Source: an uncultured bacterium (GTDB lineage Bacteria > Patescibacteriota > Minisyncoccia > UBA6257 > 2-01-FULL-56-20). Taken from it: a stretch of 64,000 bases of DNA. The stretch spans positions 32,214 to 96,213 of the forward strand of contig CAWDZM010000001.1 of the NCBI GenBank assembly GCA_963807165.1, in the 5' to 3' direction. This document shows, in pieces, positions 1 to 8,579 of this stretch. Made by a program: the position numbers and the translations under genes. Within the stretch, counting starts at the first letter, position 1. Every line of letters starts with the position of its first letter. Under the pieces are notes generated by a model, which saw only the letters and a list, made by a program, of their open reading frames with translations, did not search any database and was not told the origin of the DNA.

Positions 1-141
1 ATGGAGCCCGGCAAGTGCGACGACCTCCGATGGTTCCCACTCGACGCCCTGCCCGACAACACCATTCCCTACATCCGCGAGGCGATCCGTTGCTATCGCG
101 AAGGCGTGGGGTACAGCGAGTGGGGGTTTGATATAATATAA
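1..141 (+). CDS. 3'-terminal fragment of a NUDIX-hydrolase-like protein, truncated by the window edge
   Basis: ORF in frame 1 from the window start to TAA at 139-141. The C-terminal LRWFPLDALP motif resembles NUDIX C-termini. Weak. Confidence 0.3.
   Translation: MEPGKCDDLRWFPLDALPDNTIPYIREAIRCYREGVGYSEWGFDII
132..137 (+). promoter_or_regulatory. TATAAT -10 hexamer 6 nt upstream of ATG 144 (leaderless-type promoter)
   Basis: Exact TATAAT with a 6-nt spacer to the start codon. The same geometry recurs at >=12 start codons in the window. Confidence 0.4.
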
Positions 142-143
142 AA

Positions 144-371
144 ATGAATTGGCTAAAGCAAAACTGGTTTAAGATGTCGTTTCTTATCGTCACGATTATA
201 GCCGTTGCTATGTGGGAAATAATTCAGTGGAAATATTATGAGCTTGAGAAATATCAAACTGAGCAATCAGCTATAAATTGGGCATTTACCGAAAATCATG
301 CTTCTAGTTTAGTTGGGACAAGAGAGGGGCAAGCTTTTAAAAACAATTTTTGGAATCTTTTTGATCATTAG
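144..371 (+). CDS. hypothetical small membrane protein, 75 aa with one TM helix
   Basis: ORF track. Hydrophobic stretch FLIVTIIAVAMW. Low-GC island. Confidence 0.35.
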   Translation: MNWLKQNWFKMSFLIVTIIAVAMWEIIQWKYYELEKYQTEQSAINWAFTENHASSLVGTREGQAFKNNFWNLFDH

Positions 372-403
372 CCCATTTCGAATGGAAATAATTTAAAGGT
401 GGG

Positions 404-1471
404 ATGACTGAAATGGACACACCTTATGTTCGTAACGATATAGAAAAATTTAGGCTGGTTGTGGAAGAGCTCGAGGTTTGTCGTGAAATGATAAAGTCGG
501 CATCTCACGTGAAATCTCGCACGGCTCTCATCTTAATGGATAATCTTGCAGAGATTTTGGCTATAAGAATTTATGAAGCAGCTTTTAAAAGGGATAATAC
601 TTTCGCTCTAGTAGAAAGGCCTCGTATAAATTTTGCAGAAATTAGGGATGCAAAAGGTGATTTTTCTAGAAAGATATCTCTCTTAGAAAAATTGGGGGCT
701 ATTTCTAAATATGATGCCAGCGTATTAAGAGTCAGTCATCAATATAGGAATGCGGCTTTTCATAGGGATACTCACAACGTATCTATAATAAGAAGCTTGG
801 CGATGGTTTGTTTTCGGAGTGTGTGCCATCTCTTTGTCGTCAATTATAATATCGGGGTTTCGTATGGCGGGATGGAGTCTTTGAGATGGCTCGTCCCGTA
901 TGCCAAAAATACAACTCGTTTGAATTTTCGGGAGGATTCTCAAATAATTGCGGACAAGCTCTTGAGGGGGATAACAAAGTCAGCAGCAACTCTGCGGAAG
1001 CATTTTGCGAAAGATATCCTTGAGCGCTTGAAGGATATCGGAAGCATAAGAAATGAAATCGGCTATGGTAATCCCGACTTGCTTTTGAATGAATTTTTGA
1101 GGTTGGCAGAATTCGACGAAGAACATCCATTTGCAAAATATGTTGAATATTATGCGTTTACCAGGAGTCTCGCTACGGCACAGCTAGATTCTCTAAAGGT
1201 GCAAGGCCAATTATTTGACCTTAAAGAAAAGGCTGATAAAAAAATGGAAGAGGATTTGAAACTATTCAAAGCGACTGTTTCTACAAAGATACTCGATGAG
1301 GCAGTAAATTTTTTGCGAAGGAGTGAATCTTTAAAATCGGCGGATAAAATCCTTTTTGCTTATCAGCAGCTGGATTTTAAACTCTCAAGATTCGAGTATT
1401 ATCTTTGGAAATTGGAAATAGAGTGGGACGAGCGTGTCCAAATGGAGATAGATTTTGCGAGGGGGAAATAG
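404..1471 (+). CDS. hypothetical alpha-helical protein with a HEPN-like Rx4H motif (YRNAAFH); putative RNase
   Basis: 355-aa ORF. AAAGGTGGG Shine-Dalgarno-like sequence 5 nt upstream. R-N-A-A-F-H matches the HEPN Rx4-6H signature. Low GC. Confidence 0.45.
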   Translation: MTEMDTPYVRNDIEKFRLVVEELEVCREMIKSASHVKSRTALILMDNLAEILAIRIYEAAFKRDNTFALVERPRINFAEIRDAKGDFSRKISLLEKLGAISKYDASVLRVSHQYRNAAFHRDTHNVSIIRSLAMVCFRSVCHLFVVNYNIGVSYGGMESLRWLVPYAKNTTRLNFREDSQIIADKLLRGITKSAATLRKHFAKDILERLKDIGSIRNEIGYGNPDLLLNEFLRLAEFDEEHPFAKYVEYYAFTRSLATAQLDSLKVQGQLFDLKEKADKKMEEDLKLFKATVSTKILDEAVNFLRRSESLKSADKILFAYQQLDFKLSRFEYYLWKLEIEWDERVQMEIDFARGK

Positions 1472-1473
1472 GG

Positions 1474-1479
1474 TATAAT
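1474..1479 (+). promoter_or_regulatory. TATAAT -10 hexamer 6 nt upstream of ATG 1486 (leaderless-type)
   Basis: Exact TATAAT directly after the stop of the upstream gene, 6 nt before the ATG. Confidence 0.4.
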
Positions 1480-1485
1480 AAAAAT

Positions 1486-1980
1486 ATGGATCCAAAGCAC
1501 GTTGTCTTTGTTAAGGATTTAATTAAAGGCAAAATTGCTGAGATTATTTTTGAGCAAATGTTTCGGGAATCGGAGAGGTACACCATCCTTCATTCCGGCT
1601 ATGAGTATACACTTCCCGAGCTTGCTCAATATCAACACCTCGCAGAAGTGAAGGCAGTGATTGAAAATATCAGGAACGCTCCAGATTTTGTTCTTATTTC
1701 ACAAGATAAGAGAGAGGTTTATTTAGTGGAAGTTAAATATCGAACACGTCGTTATCCCGAGGATTTGGCGAGAATCTGCGAGGAAACCTTAAAGACTTGG
1801 AATCCTTGCTGGCTTTTCATAGCTTCTCCTGATGGCTTTTTCTTCGAGCCGTGCAATTCCGTCTTGAATAATGACGGAAGGATAGGGGAATTGGTTAACG
1901 AGAGATTCGTTGACCATGCCATTAGGGATGAGTATCTGGAATTATTAAAAGAATTAGAGGTCGGGAATAACGTGCATTAA
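1486..1980 (+). CDS. PD-(D/E)xK-fold nuclease-like protein, 164 aa
   Basis: APDFVLI...EVYLVEVKYR gives a PD...ExK pattern typical of the restriction-endonuclease/Hjc-like fold. The Met at 1486 is preferred over the overlapping track start at 1405. Confidence 0.45.
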   Translation: MDPKHVVFVKDLIKGKIAEIIFEQMFRESERYTILHSGYEYTLPELAQYQHLAEVKAVIENIRNAPDFVLISQDKREVYLVEVKYRTRRYPEDLARICEETLKTWNPCWLFIASPDGFFFEPCNSVLNNDGRIGELVNERFVDHAIRDEYLELLKELEVGNNVH

Positions 1981-2020
1981 GCACGTCTTATGGTTTTAGT
2001 ACGGCAGTATTTTCAGGCTA

Positions 2021-3700
2021 TTAGGTAGAAGAAGCGGTCGTAGTAGAAGCTTCGCCCCAGGGGAGAAGATAATTTAATAATTCAGGAGAATTTAATAGCG
2101 GGCCAAGAGCGGTATAGTAGGCGTCCGCAGCTGCTTTTACTTTATTTATATCAGTGGTGTTCTGATAGACATTATTGAATAATGCTGTTTGGTAAAGTAT
2201 GTTTAGCATCACAGAATTAGAATCTATGGCTAATGCTTGTTTATATTTCGCGGCGCCTAATAAGTATTCACCCTGAATCGTATATAGCTTTCCCCAGTAC
2301 ATATAGGGGGTTGGGTCGTTTGGATATTTGTTTGCTAGCCATGAGAAAAATGTATTGAAGTTTGTAGTGGTGCTGCTCTCTACAAAATAGCCCAAAGATT
2401 GATCCAGTTTATCTTCATTGTAGGTACTTACATCGAGGACGCCTGTTAATCCCGTGCTTTCAAGAAGTTTGAGTACCTGCTCTTTTGGTAGTGAAGATGC
2501 TTGCGTAAAATATTGAGCCTCAAAAGATTGTAGGAATGACTGATAAGTTATGTCGTTCACATAAAGTCTGTTATCAAACATAGACTTCAAATACTCTTCT
2601 GCTAAAGGATAATTATTTTCCTGAGAATATATTTCTGCCATTTGACCATCAACATAGGCGTTCCAAGTGCCTGCGTCATCATTTATATAAGCTAAGAATT
2701 GTTTCTTTATGTTCGGGTCTCCAATGCCTTGTCCGACATTTTGGAGGTGTTGGTCGAGGAGTGTAAATTCATTTTGTGAATTTTGCATTAAAGCCAGAGC
2801 GACATCGTAGTTTTGCTTCTCGGTGTACGCAGGAACGAAAAATTGTTCTAGCATAGCTTTATCAACTGCCCCAATATAAAAACCCTCATCATGGGGCGAT
2901 AAAACGCCCAATTTAACTAATCTATTAATCCGATTCTGCACATCAAAATAGGCGTATATATTGGAATCAGGGAAAAATAGCGGGAATCTTACAACGGGAT
3001 TTAGATATGTAATAAGGCCAGTCGAATCTGTTTCGACGAGATTGGCCATTCCGAGGCAATTAGAATCTTGAAGGATAAAATTATCTATGGGTTTTTTTTG
3101 TAACCCATAGTATCGGAGAACTGACGGGGGGATAGAAGTCTGTATAAGTGTGAGCGGAGGGATGGATTCTGAAGTGTCGGTGAAATCAATTGTTGGAGGT
3201 TGGCTTAGTACATAGGAGCTTGATTTGAGAGGGGTCGAAAGAAGTGCGTCATAAATTCCTTGATTGATATTTTGGTCTATCTCTGTATTTGATGTAAATG
3301 AGCCAGAAGAAGTTAGCGTTAGTGGTTGAATGAAAGAAACTGTAAATATTTGATTTGGATCGCAACTATTTCCGTGCAAATATGCGATTTGTTGATGGAC
3401 TATATAAGTAGAAACAAGCGCGATCAAAAGAAGAAAAACATAGAATATTTTTTTATTCCTATTTAGTTGTTTATATAAAGCGAGTGCGGTGAGGGCGATG
3501 ATTCCTAAAAAAGTTAAGGTGATAAATATATATCTGTTGAAAATGAGAAAAAGGTAATAATTTATAACAGTAAATCCGGGTGCTAAAAATGAGAAAACAT
3601 TTGTGAAGAGAGCTAATAAAAAAGCCGAAATTAACCCACCAATAACGGTGATGAGAATGCCCTGCCGAAACTCTTTTGTCTTTCGAGGTTTTTTCTCCAT
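2021..3700 (-). CDS. integral membrane protein: N-terminal multi-TM region plus a large extracytoplasmic TPR-like/Tyr-rich domain
   Basis: 559-aa ORF. About 4 hydrophobic helices at the N-terminus. C-terminal repeats resemble TPR. Low GC. Confidence 0.55.
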   Translation of the reverse strand: MEKKPRKTKEFRQGILITVIGGLISAFLLALFTNVFSFLAPGFTVINYYLFLIFNRYIFITLTFLGIIALTALALYKQLNRNKKIFYVFLLLIALVSTYIVHQQIAYLHGNSCDPNQIFTVSFIQPLTLTSSGSFTSNTEIDQNINQGIYDALLSTPLKSSSYVLSQPPTIDFTDTSESIPPLTLIQTSIPPSVLRYYGLQKKPIDNFILQDSNCLGMANLVETDSTGLITYLNPVVRFPLFFPDSNIYAYFDVQNRINRLVKLGVLSPHDEGFYIGAVDKAMLEQFFVPAYTEKQNYDVALALMQNSQNEFTLLDQHLQNVGQGIGDPNIKKQFLAYINDDAGTWNAYVDGQMAEIYSQENNYPLAEEYLKSMFDNRLYVNDITYQSFLQSFEAQYFTQASSLPKEQVLKLLESTGLTGVLDVSTYNEDKLDQSLGYFVESSTTTNFNTFFSWLANKYPNDPTPYMYWGKLYTIQGEYLLGAAKYKQALAIDSNSVMLNILYQTALFNNVYQNTTDINKVKAAADAYYTALGPLLNSPELLNYLLPWGEASTTTASST

Positions 3701-3879
3701 GCCCAGCCACTTAACTTTGACCCCCTAATAAGCTCTATCTTAAAGGACTTTTCATATTCCCGAAAGAGAGGTTTGGCTAGCTCTAATTGGAAATGAGAAA
3801 ATCAAAAGATAATAAATTTACCAAGCTTGGAGATGGAAATACTGAAATTACTCGGTATTTTGCGCTATAATATCCCCAC

Positions 3880-5413
3880 ATGCTCCAATCCACCGCCCTA
3901 GCCCTGCTCAAAACGGGCGAGAACGTATTCCTGACCGGCGCGCCGGGCGCGGGGAAGACGTACGTCCTCAATCAATATATCGATTTCCTGAACCAGTACG
4001 AGGTGGAGGCGGCCGTCACGGCGTACACCGGGATCGCGGCGAGCCACATCAACGGGCGGACGCTCCATTCGTGGGCGGGGCTGACGCGCGGGCCGATGCA
4101 CGAGGACGCGCAGGAGGTGGATCGCGTGCGGGCGAATGAGTATCCTGACCGACCGCATCCGCCGCGCGCGGGTGCTTATTATAGACGAGATCAGCATGCT
4201 GCATCCCGCGCAGTTCGATCGCGTGGATCTGATCTGCCGCACCGCGCGGAATTCGCACGAGCCGTTCGGCGGATTACAGCTCATCTGTTGCGGCGATTTC
4301 TTTCAGATCCCGCCGGTGAACGGCGAGAGTGAAAAGTTTGTGATCGACTCCGTCGCGTGGAAGAACGCGGACATGCGCGTGTGTTATCTGACGGAACAGC
4401 ATCGGCAGGCGGGTGCCGTCGATGGGAGCGGTGTTTCAAGCAGCGGCGAACTCTTAGAGATTCTGGACGCCATCCGCGCGGGCGCCGTGACGCCGGCGGT
4501 CGTTGCCGCGCTCGACGCGCGTATCGGAGCGGCGATCGATGCGCCGATCGGCATCGCGCGACTCTACACCCATCGCGAGAATGTGGATGAGATCAACGCC
4601 GCGGAACTGCGCAAGCTCGCGACACCGGACGTCGTCTACGACGCGTACCAGAGCGGCCCCGCGGCGCTCGTCGAAAAATTAAAAAAAGATAACGACGTGC
4701 CGGACAAATTCGTTTTAAAGATCGGCGCGCGCGTGATGTTTACCAAAAATAATATGGGCGCGGGATACGTGAACGGCACACTCGGCGAAGTGATCGGGTT
4801 TGAGAACGGGGGAGATGGGAACAACGGCGAGTCGGTGGGTAAAAATGCCGCTGGTGCACCAATGCCGCAAACCGCCACCGAAGCGAACCCCGTCATTATG
4901 ACGTTTGATAAAAAGAAAATAACCCCAGGCCGCTTTCAGTGGAAAGTGGAGGAAGGCGGCAAAGTACGCGCGAGCGTTTCCCAGCTGCCGCTCAAACTCG
5001 CGTGGGCGATCACCGTGCACAAGAGCCAGGGGATGACGCTCGACGCCGCCGTGATCGACCTTGGCCGCGCCTTCGACCGCGGCATGGGCTATGTGGCGCT
5101 CTCGCGCGTGCGCGAGCTTAAGAACATCTCCTTGATAGGCTTCAACGCCGTTGCTCTGCAAGTGAGCCCGCGCGTGCAATCGCTCGACGCCGGCTTCCGC
5201 GCCTCCTCGCGGCGCGCAGAGGACGACATTGCCGCGCTCCCCGCCGACGAACTGCGCGCCGCGCAGAGCGAGTTCATCCGCCGCGCGGGCGAGGAGTCGG
5301 GCCCGAAAGGCCATTCTGCGACAGCCGGCCATGAGGCCGGGGCCGGCACTGTCTTTGACGACCTGCGCATTGACTACACCGACATCGACGAAATGCCCGT
5401 GGCGGATTTTTGA
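3880..5413 (+). CDS. PIF1/RecD-like superfamily 1 helicase, split by a +1 frameshift near 4125-4140
   Basis: Walker A GAPGAGKT. Motif II LIIDEISM and GGLQLICCGDFFQIPPV sit in the second frame. C-terminal ITVHKSQG and GYVALSRV motifs. GC-rich. Two track ORFs (3880-4332 and 4136-5413) join into one helicase. Confidence 0.7.
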
Positions 5414-5454
5414 GGCCAGGCCGGCTTTTTAGATAGTTTTAATGCAGCATCTGC

Positions 5455-5460
5455 TACTAT
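5455..5460 (+). promoter_or_regulatory. TACTAT -10-like hexamer 6 nt upstream of ATG 5467
   Basis: Same -10/6-nt/ATG geometry as the other instances. Confidence 0.3.
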
Positions 5461-5466
5461 CGCAGG

Positions 5467-5853
5467 ATGGAGAAAGATTTTTCGAAATGGCACGACTTTA
5501 AAAGTAAACTTCAAAAGATCGACAAAAGATTCTATTTTCAAGAACGGGGTATTTGGCTCTGCTCAGTGGGGTTAAATCTTGGCCACGAAGAGGATGGGAA
5601 ACGAGATCAATTTTTAAGACCAGTTATTGTTTTTAAAAAATTTGATGACGATACTTTTTGGGGCATTCCGCTAACGAGTCAAGTGCACGGAGGCGTTCGC
5701 TACTTCCAATTTTTATTTGGTAATCGTATTGCGGTTGCAATGCTATCTCAGATGCGTCTTTTTGATAGAAAACGCTTTATCCGTAGGATCGGCGAAATGT
5801 CCAACTCAGAATTTGATAGATTAAAATCGCAATTGCGCAACATGATGCAATAA
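5467..5853 (+). CDS. MazF/PemK-family endoribonuclease toxin-like protein
   Basis: Aligns to MazF: RGIWLCSVGLNLGHEEDGKRDQFLRPVIVF...GIPLTSQ versus GDLIWVDFDPTKGSEQAGHRPAVVLSP...CVPCTTQ. 128 aa. Confidence 0.6.
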   Translation: MEKDFSKWHDFKSKLQKIDKRFYFQERGIWLCSVGLNLGHEEDGKRDQFLRPVIVFKKFDDDTFWGIPLTSQVHGGVRYFQFLFGNRIAVAMLSQMRLFDRKRFIRRIGEMSNSEFDRLKSQLRNMMQ

Positions 5854-5858
5854 AAAAC

Positions 5859-5886
5859 GGAACCCCTTCTGAAAAGAAGGGGTTCC
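5859..5886. terminator. perfect 11-bp GC-rich hairpin (GGAACCCCTTC / GAAGGGGTTCC) just after mazF-like gene
   Basis: Inverted repeat seen directly. The A-run lies on the upstream side only, so the plus-strand U-tract is weak. Confidence 0.4.
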
Positions 5887-6096
5887 TCGGAGGCCAAAAG
5901 GCCAAAGAGTCGTTCGGAACCCTCACATTGAGATTCCTCGGAGGCCGAAGCCAAAATGGATCCCATGATCCTGTTATTATTCTACTCAAAGCGATTTACT
6001 CGTCAAATCTTTTTTAATAAATATTTAATGTGCAATAAGGTATGATTACCGTAAGGTCGTCGAACCCTAAATCCTAAAATAAAAAATAATACTATT

Positions 6097-6216
6097 ATGG
6101 CACAAGACGAAGATGTGGATGTAAACGAAGAATTGGAGCACGAGGTTGAGGCAGAGGACATCGAGGCCAACACGGACGACACGCCGACGGATGACAACGG
6201 CGACGCAAAGGAATAG
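6097..6216 (+). CDS. possible 39-aa highly acidic peptide upstream of the YggU-like gene
   Basis: ATG...TAG ORF, MAQDEDVDVNEELEHEVEAEDIEANTDDTPTDDNGDAKE. Below the ORF-track size cutoff. Speculative. Confidence 0.15.
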   Translation: MAQDEDVDVNEELEHEVEAEDIEANTDDTPTDDNGDAKE

Positions 6217-6222
6217 TGCGAG

Positions 6223-6462
6223 ATGAAGATCTTTGTGCGTGCAAAGCCTGGCGTCAAAAAAGAATATATAAAAGAGACGACCGATCTTTTTGAAAAGTCC
6301 GGCGAGCGGCATTTTGTGGTGGCGGTTGCTGCGCGTGCGGTGGACGGAAGGGCGAATCGCGCGATCGAAAAAGCGCTCGCGGAACATTTTAATGTGCCGC
6401 CGTCTCGCGTGCGGATTGTTTCTGGGCAAACGACAAAGGAAAAAATTGTAGAAATCGGATAA
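6223..6462 (+). CDS. YggU/DUF167 (UPF0235) family protein
   Basis: 79 aa. The AARAVDGRANRAIEKALAEHFNVPPSRVRIVSG pattern matches the DUF167 consensus. Confidence 0.65.
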   Translation: MKIFVRAKPGVKKEYIKETTDLFEKSGERHFVVAVAARAVDGRANRAIEKALAEHFNVPPSRVRIVSGQTTKEKIVEIG

Positions 6463-6737
6463 ATAAAAGCGGCGGCACGATGGTTGGTCGTGTCGCCGAT
6501 GTTCTTTATGCGGCCTTGGCCTTCGGTGACGGAGAAGGTCTTTTAGGTAAAAAATTATTTATCAGCGTTGTTTGGAGCCTGAAGGATTCCTCCGGGGCGA
6601 ATAGCGCTTGAGGGCCATCATCGCCACGGTAGAATTGACGATGCTGTTCCGACACGGATAACGGATTTTCTGACGATGTGATTCTCATCGCGTGCCTCCA
6701 ATCCCTTTCTACTTTCAGTATATCACTTGTGGTGTTG

Positions 6738-6743
6738 TATAAT
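6738..6743 (+). promoter_or_regulatory. TATAAT -10 hexamer 7 nt upstream of gpsA ATG 6751 (leaderless-type)
   Basis: Exact hexamer. No Shine-Dalgarno sequence. Confidence 0.4.
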
Positions 6744-6750
6744 AGTAGCT

Positions 6751-7656
6751 ATGGATACTTCAACCCGCGTGGTGATCATCGGCGCCGGAGAACTTGGCAA
6801 GGCAATCGGTGGCTTGATCGTAAAGAAAGGCGCTGGCGTGGATCTTTGGGACGCGAATCCGGCGGTGGTGCCGGGGCAGAAGCCGCTCGCAGAGATCGTC
6901 CCGCTTGCGCACTATGTGTTCTTTTGCGTCCCTTCGTGGGCGATGCGCGATGCGGTGGTCAGCGTGGTGCCGTATCTTTCGCCGCAAGCGGCGGTGTTTT
7001 CCTTTGCAAAGGGGATAGAGAAATATTCCTTCCAGACGATGGCGGAGGTGGTGCCGGCGCTCTTGCCGCCGACCCAGCCGTTTGTGGTGGTGGGCGGACC
7101 GATGCTCGCGGAGGAGATCAACGTCGGCAAGCGCGCGATCGGCGTTTTTGCATCGCCTGACGCCGCCGCGCGCGAATCCGCGCGCGAGCTCTTTACCGGC
7201 GATCGTTTCCATGTGGAAACCTCCGAGGACGCGCCGGGTGTCGCGCTCGCGGGTGTCCTTAAGAATATTTATGCGGTTGCGCTCGGCATTGCGGACGGGT
7301 TAGAGCTCTCCGGCAACGAGAAAGGCTGGCTGACCGGCCGCGCGATCTCCGAGATGCGCGATATCGCCGGAGTGATGGGCGTCGAGAAGGATACGATATT
7401 GGGCGCCGCGGGAGTGGGGGATTTTATCGCAACCGGATACAGCGTGCATTCACGCAATCATCAAACGGGCGTTGAGATCGTGGCGACGGGAAAGTGCGAC
7501 ATCCGTGGCGAGGGACTGACCGCGCTCCCGTTCCTCATTGAACGCTTAGGAAAGGAAAAAGCGGCGACGTTTGCGTTGCTTATGCTGGTGAATACGATTG
7601 GGATCGAGTGCAAACCGGCGCGCGAAGCATTCGAAGCGTTCTTCGCCGCCCGCTAA
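6751..7656 (+). CDS. gpsA: NAD(P)H-dependent glycerol-3-phosphate dehydrogenase
   Basis: N-terminal VVIIGAGELGKA Rossmann motif. GpsA-like core. The Met at 6751 is preferred over the track start at 6727. Confidence 0.8.
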   Translation: MDTSTRVVIIGAGELGKAIGGLIVKKGAGVDLWDANPAVVPGQKPLAEIVPLAHYVFFCVPSWAMRDAVVSVVPYLSPQAAVFSFAKGIEKYSFQTMAEVVPALLPPTQPFVVVGGPMLAEEINVGKRAIGVFASPDAAARESARELFTGDRFHVETSEDAPGVALAGVLKNIYAVALGIADGLELSGNEKGWLTGRAISEMRDIAGVMGVEKDTILGAAGVGDFIATGYSVHSRNHQTGVEIVATGKCDIRGEGLTALPFLIERLGKEKAATFALLMLVNTIGIECKPAREAFEAFFAAR

Positions 7657-8390
7657 ACGCCGCCGCTCTGGTGCCATAAGCTATCAAAAAGTACTTCCAT
7701 CGAGTGATGGATGCTCTCATCCTCCATCACGATGCCAAACGGCATCTTTTTGTTGAGGGAGATGATGGCAACTTTGTTGGCATAGATGAATGTGCAGTTG
7801 TGGATCTCTATTGCGGCGGGCAAGAACTGCGTGACGCGCAGTTCCTCGCCATCTCGTTGCTTGAGCGCCATCGCTTCCTTTGACTTTGGGGTCAATATCC
7901 GCATCCTTAAATAGTGCCGATAGCGCTTTTCGATAAAATCTTCCAAGTATGGCAGGCCGAGGAGTTCAATCCATTCTTCCCACGAGAGCAACGCAGAAAT
8001 ATGTTGCTTCGCATCCAGGATGTCGTTCATGATCTGGTGGATTTCGTCCACGCCCGTGTATGCCCGGATCTTAGGCTGTGCGGCGGGGTCTTTGCGGAGT
8101 GATTGAAGGGCAGGCAGAGCCAGGGTAAGTGCCTCCTCGCGCTCTTTCAAGGCGGCAAGGAGCTTCTCTGGGTTCTCTGCCGACCACATCTTGCGCTTGC
8201 GTTGGATGTAGGCCGACATGAGCCCTTTTTTGTTGAGGGAGGCAATGATAAGGTTGGCGCTTGTGCGGGGGATTCGTGCCTTTTTGGCGATATCCGTGGC
8301 AGAACTTGCCCCTAATTCGAGCGCAGCCAAATATACCGATGCCTCTAAAGGCGAATAACCAAGAGCCTCAATGACGGTTTTGATGCGCAT
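7653..8390 (-). CDS. TrmB-family transcriptional regulator
   Basis: N-terminal HTH: LGYSPLEASVYLAALELGASSATDIAKKARIPRTSANLIIASLNKKGL. Confidence 0.65.
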   Translation of the reverse strand: MRIKTVIEALGYSPLEASVYLAALELGASSATDIAKKARIPRTSANLIIASLNKKGLMSAYIQRKRKMWSAENPEKLLAALKEREEALTLALPALQSLRKDPAAQPKIRAYTGVDEIHQIMNDILDAKQHISALLSWEEWIELLGLPYLEDFIEKRYRHYLRMRILTPKSKEAMALKQRDGEELRVTQFLPAAIEIHNCTFIYANKVAIISLNKKMPFGIVMEDESIHHSMEVLFDSLWHQSGGV

Positions 8391-8579
8391 GGATGATTTT
8401 TATAACAGTATAGCACATTTTGAAAAAATGATGACGTAAATGTCGTCATTTTTTATAAGGTTGTTATCGCAAAAATCCCAGATTCTGTTTATGAAAAAAT
8501 AGTAAAATTTTTTTGGCATAGTTATCCACAGAATTATTTGCTATTCATCCGTTGACTTCAGTAGGACAATGGATAGACC

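Noticed and set aside
1405-1485. Upstream extension of the nuclease-like ORF (track start 1405)
   Set aside because: It overlaps the 3' end of the HEPN-like gene. A TATAAT at 1474-1479 followed by ATG 1486 fits the recurrent leaderless geometry.
4715-5332. Long antisense ORFs inside GC-rich genes (for example 4715-5332, 14946-15527, 52249-53196, 53429-54283, 62715-63770, all minus strand)
   Set aside because: They are typical high-GC shadow ORFs opposite conserved genes (PIF1-like helicase, ppsA, fusA, tuf). They have no motifs and are Arg/Ala-rich.
8391-8579. Cobalamin riboswitch upstream of nrdJ
   Set aside because: The region is AT-rich and unstructured. B12 riboswitches usually regulate B12-independent RNRs, not class II enzymes. 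No B12-box is present.
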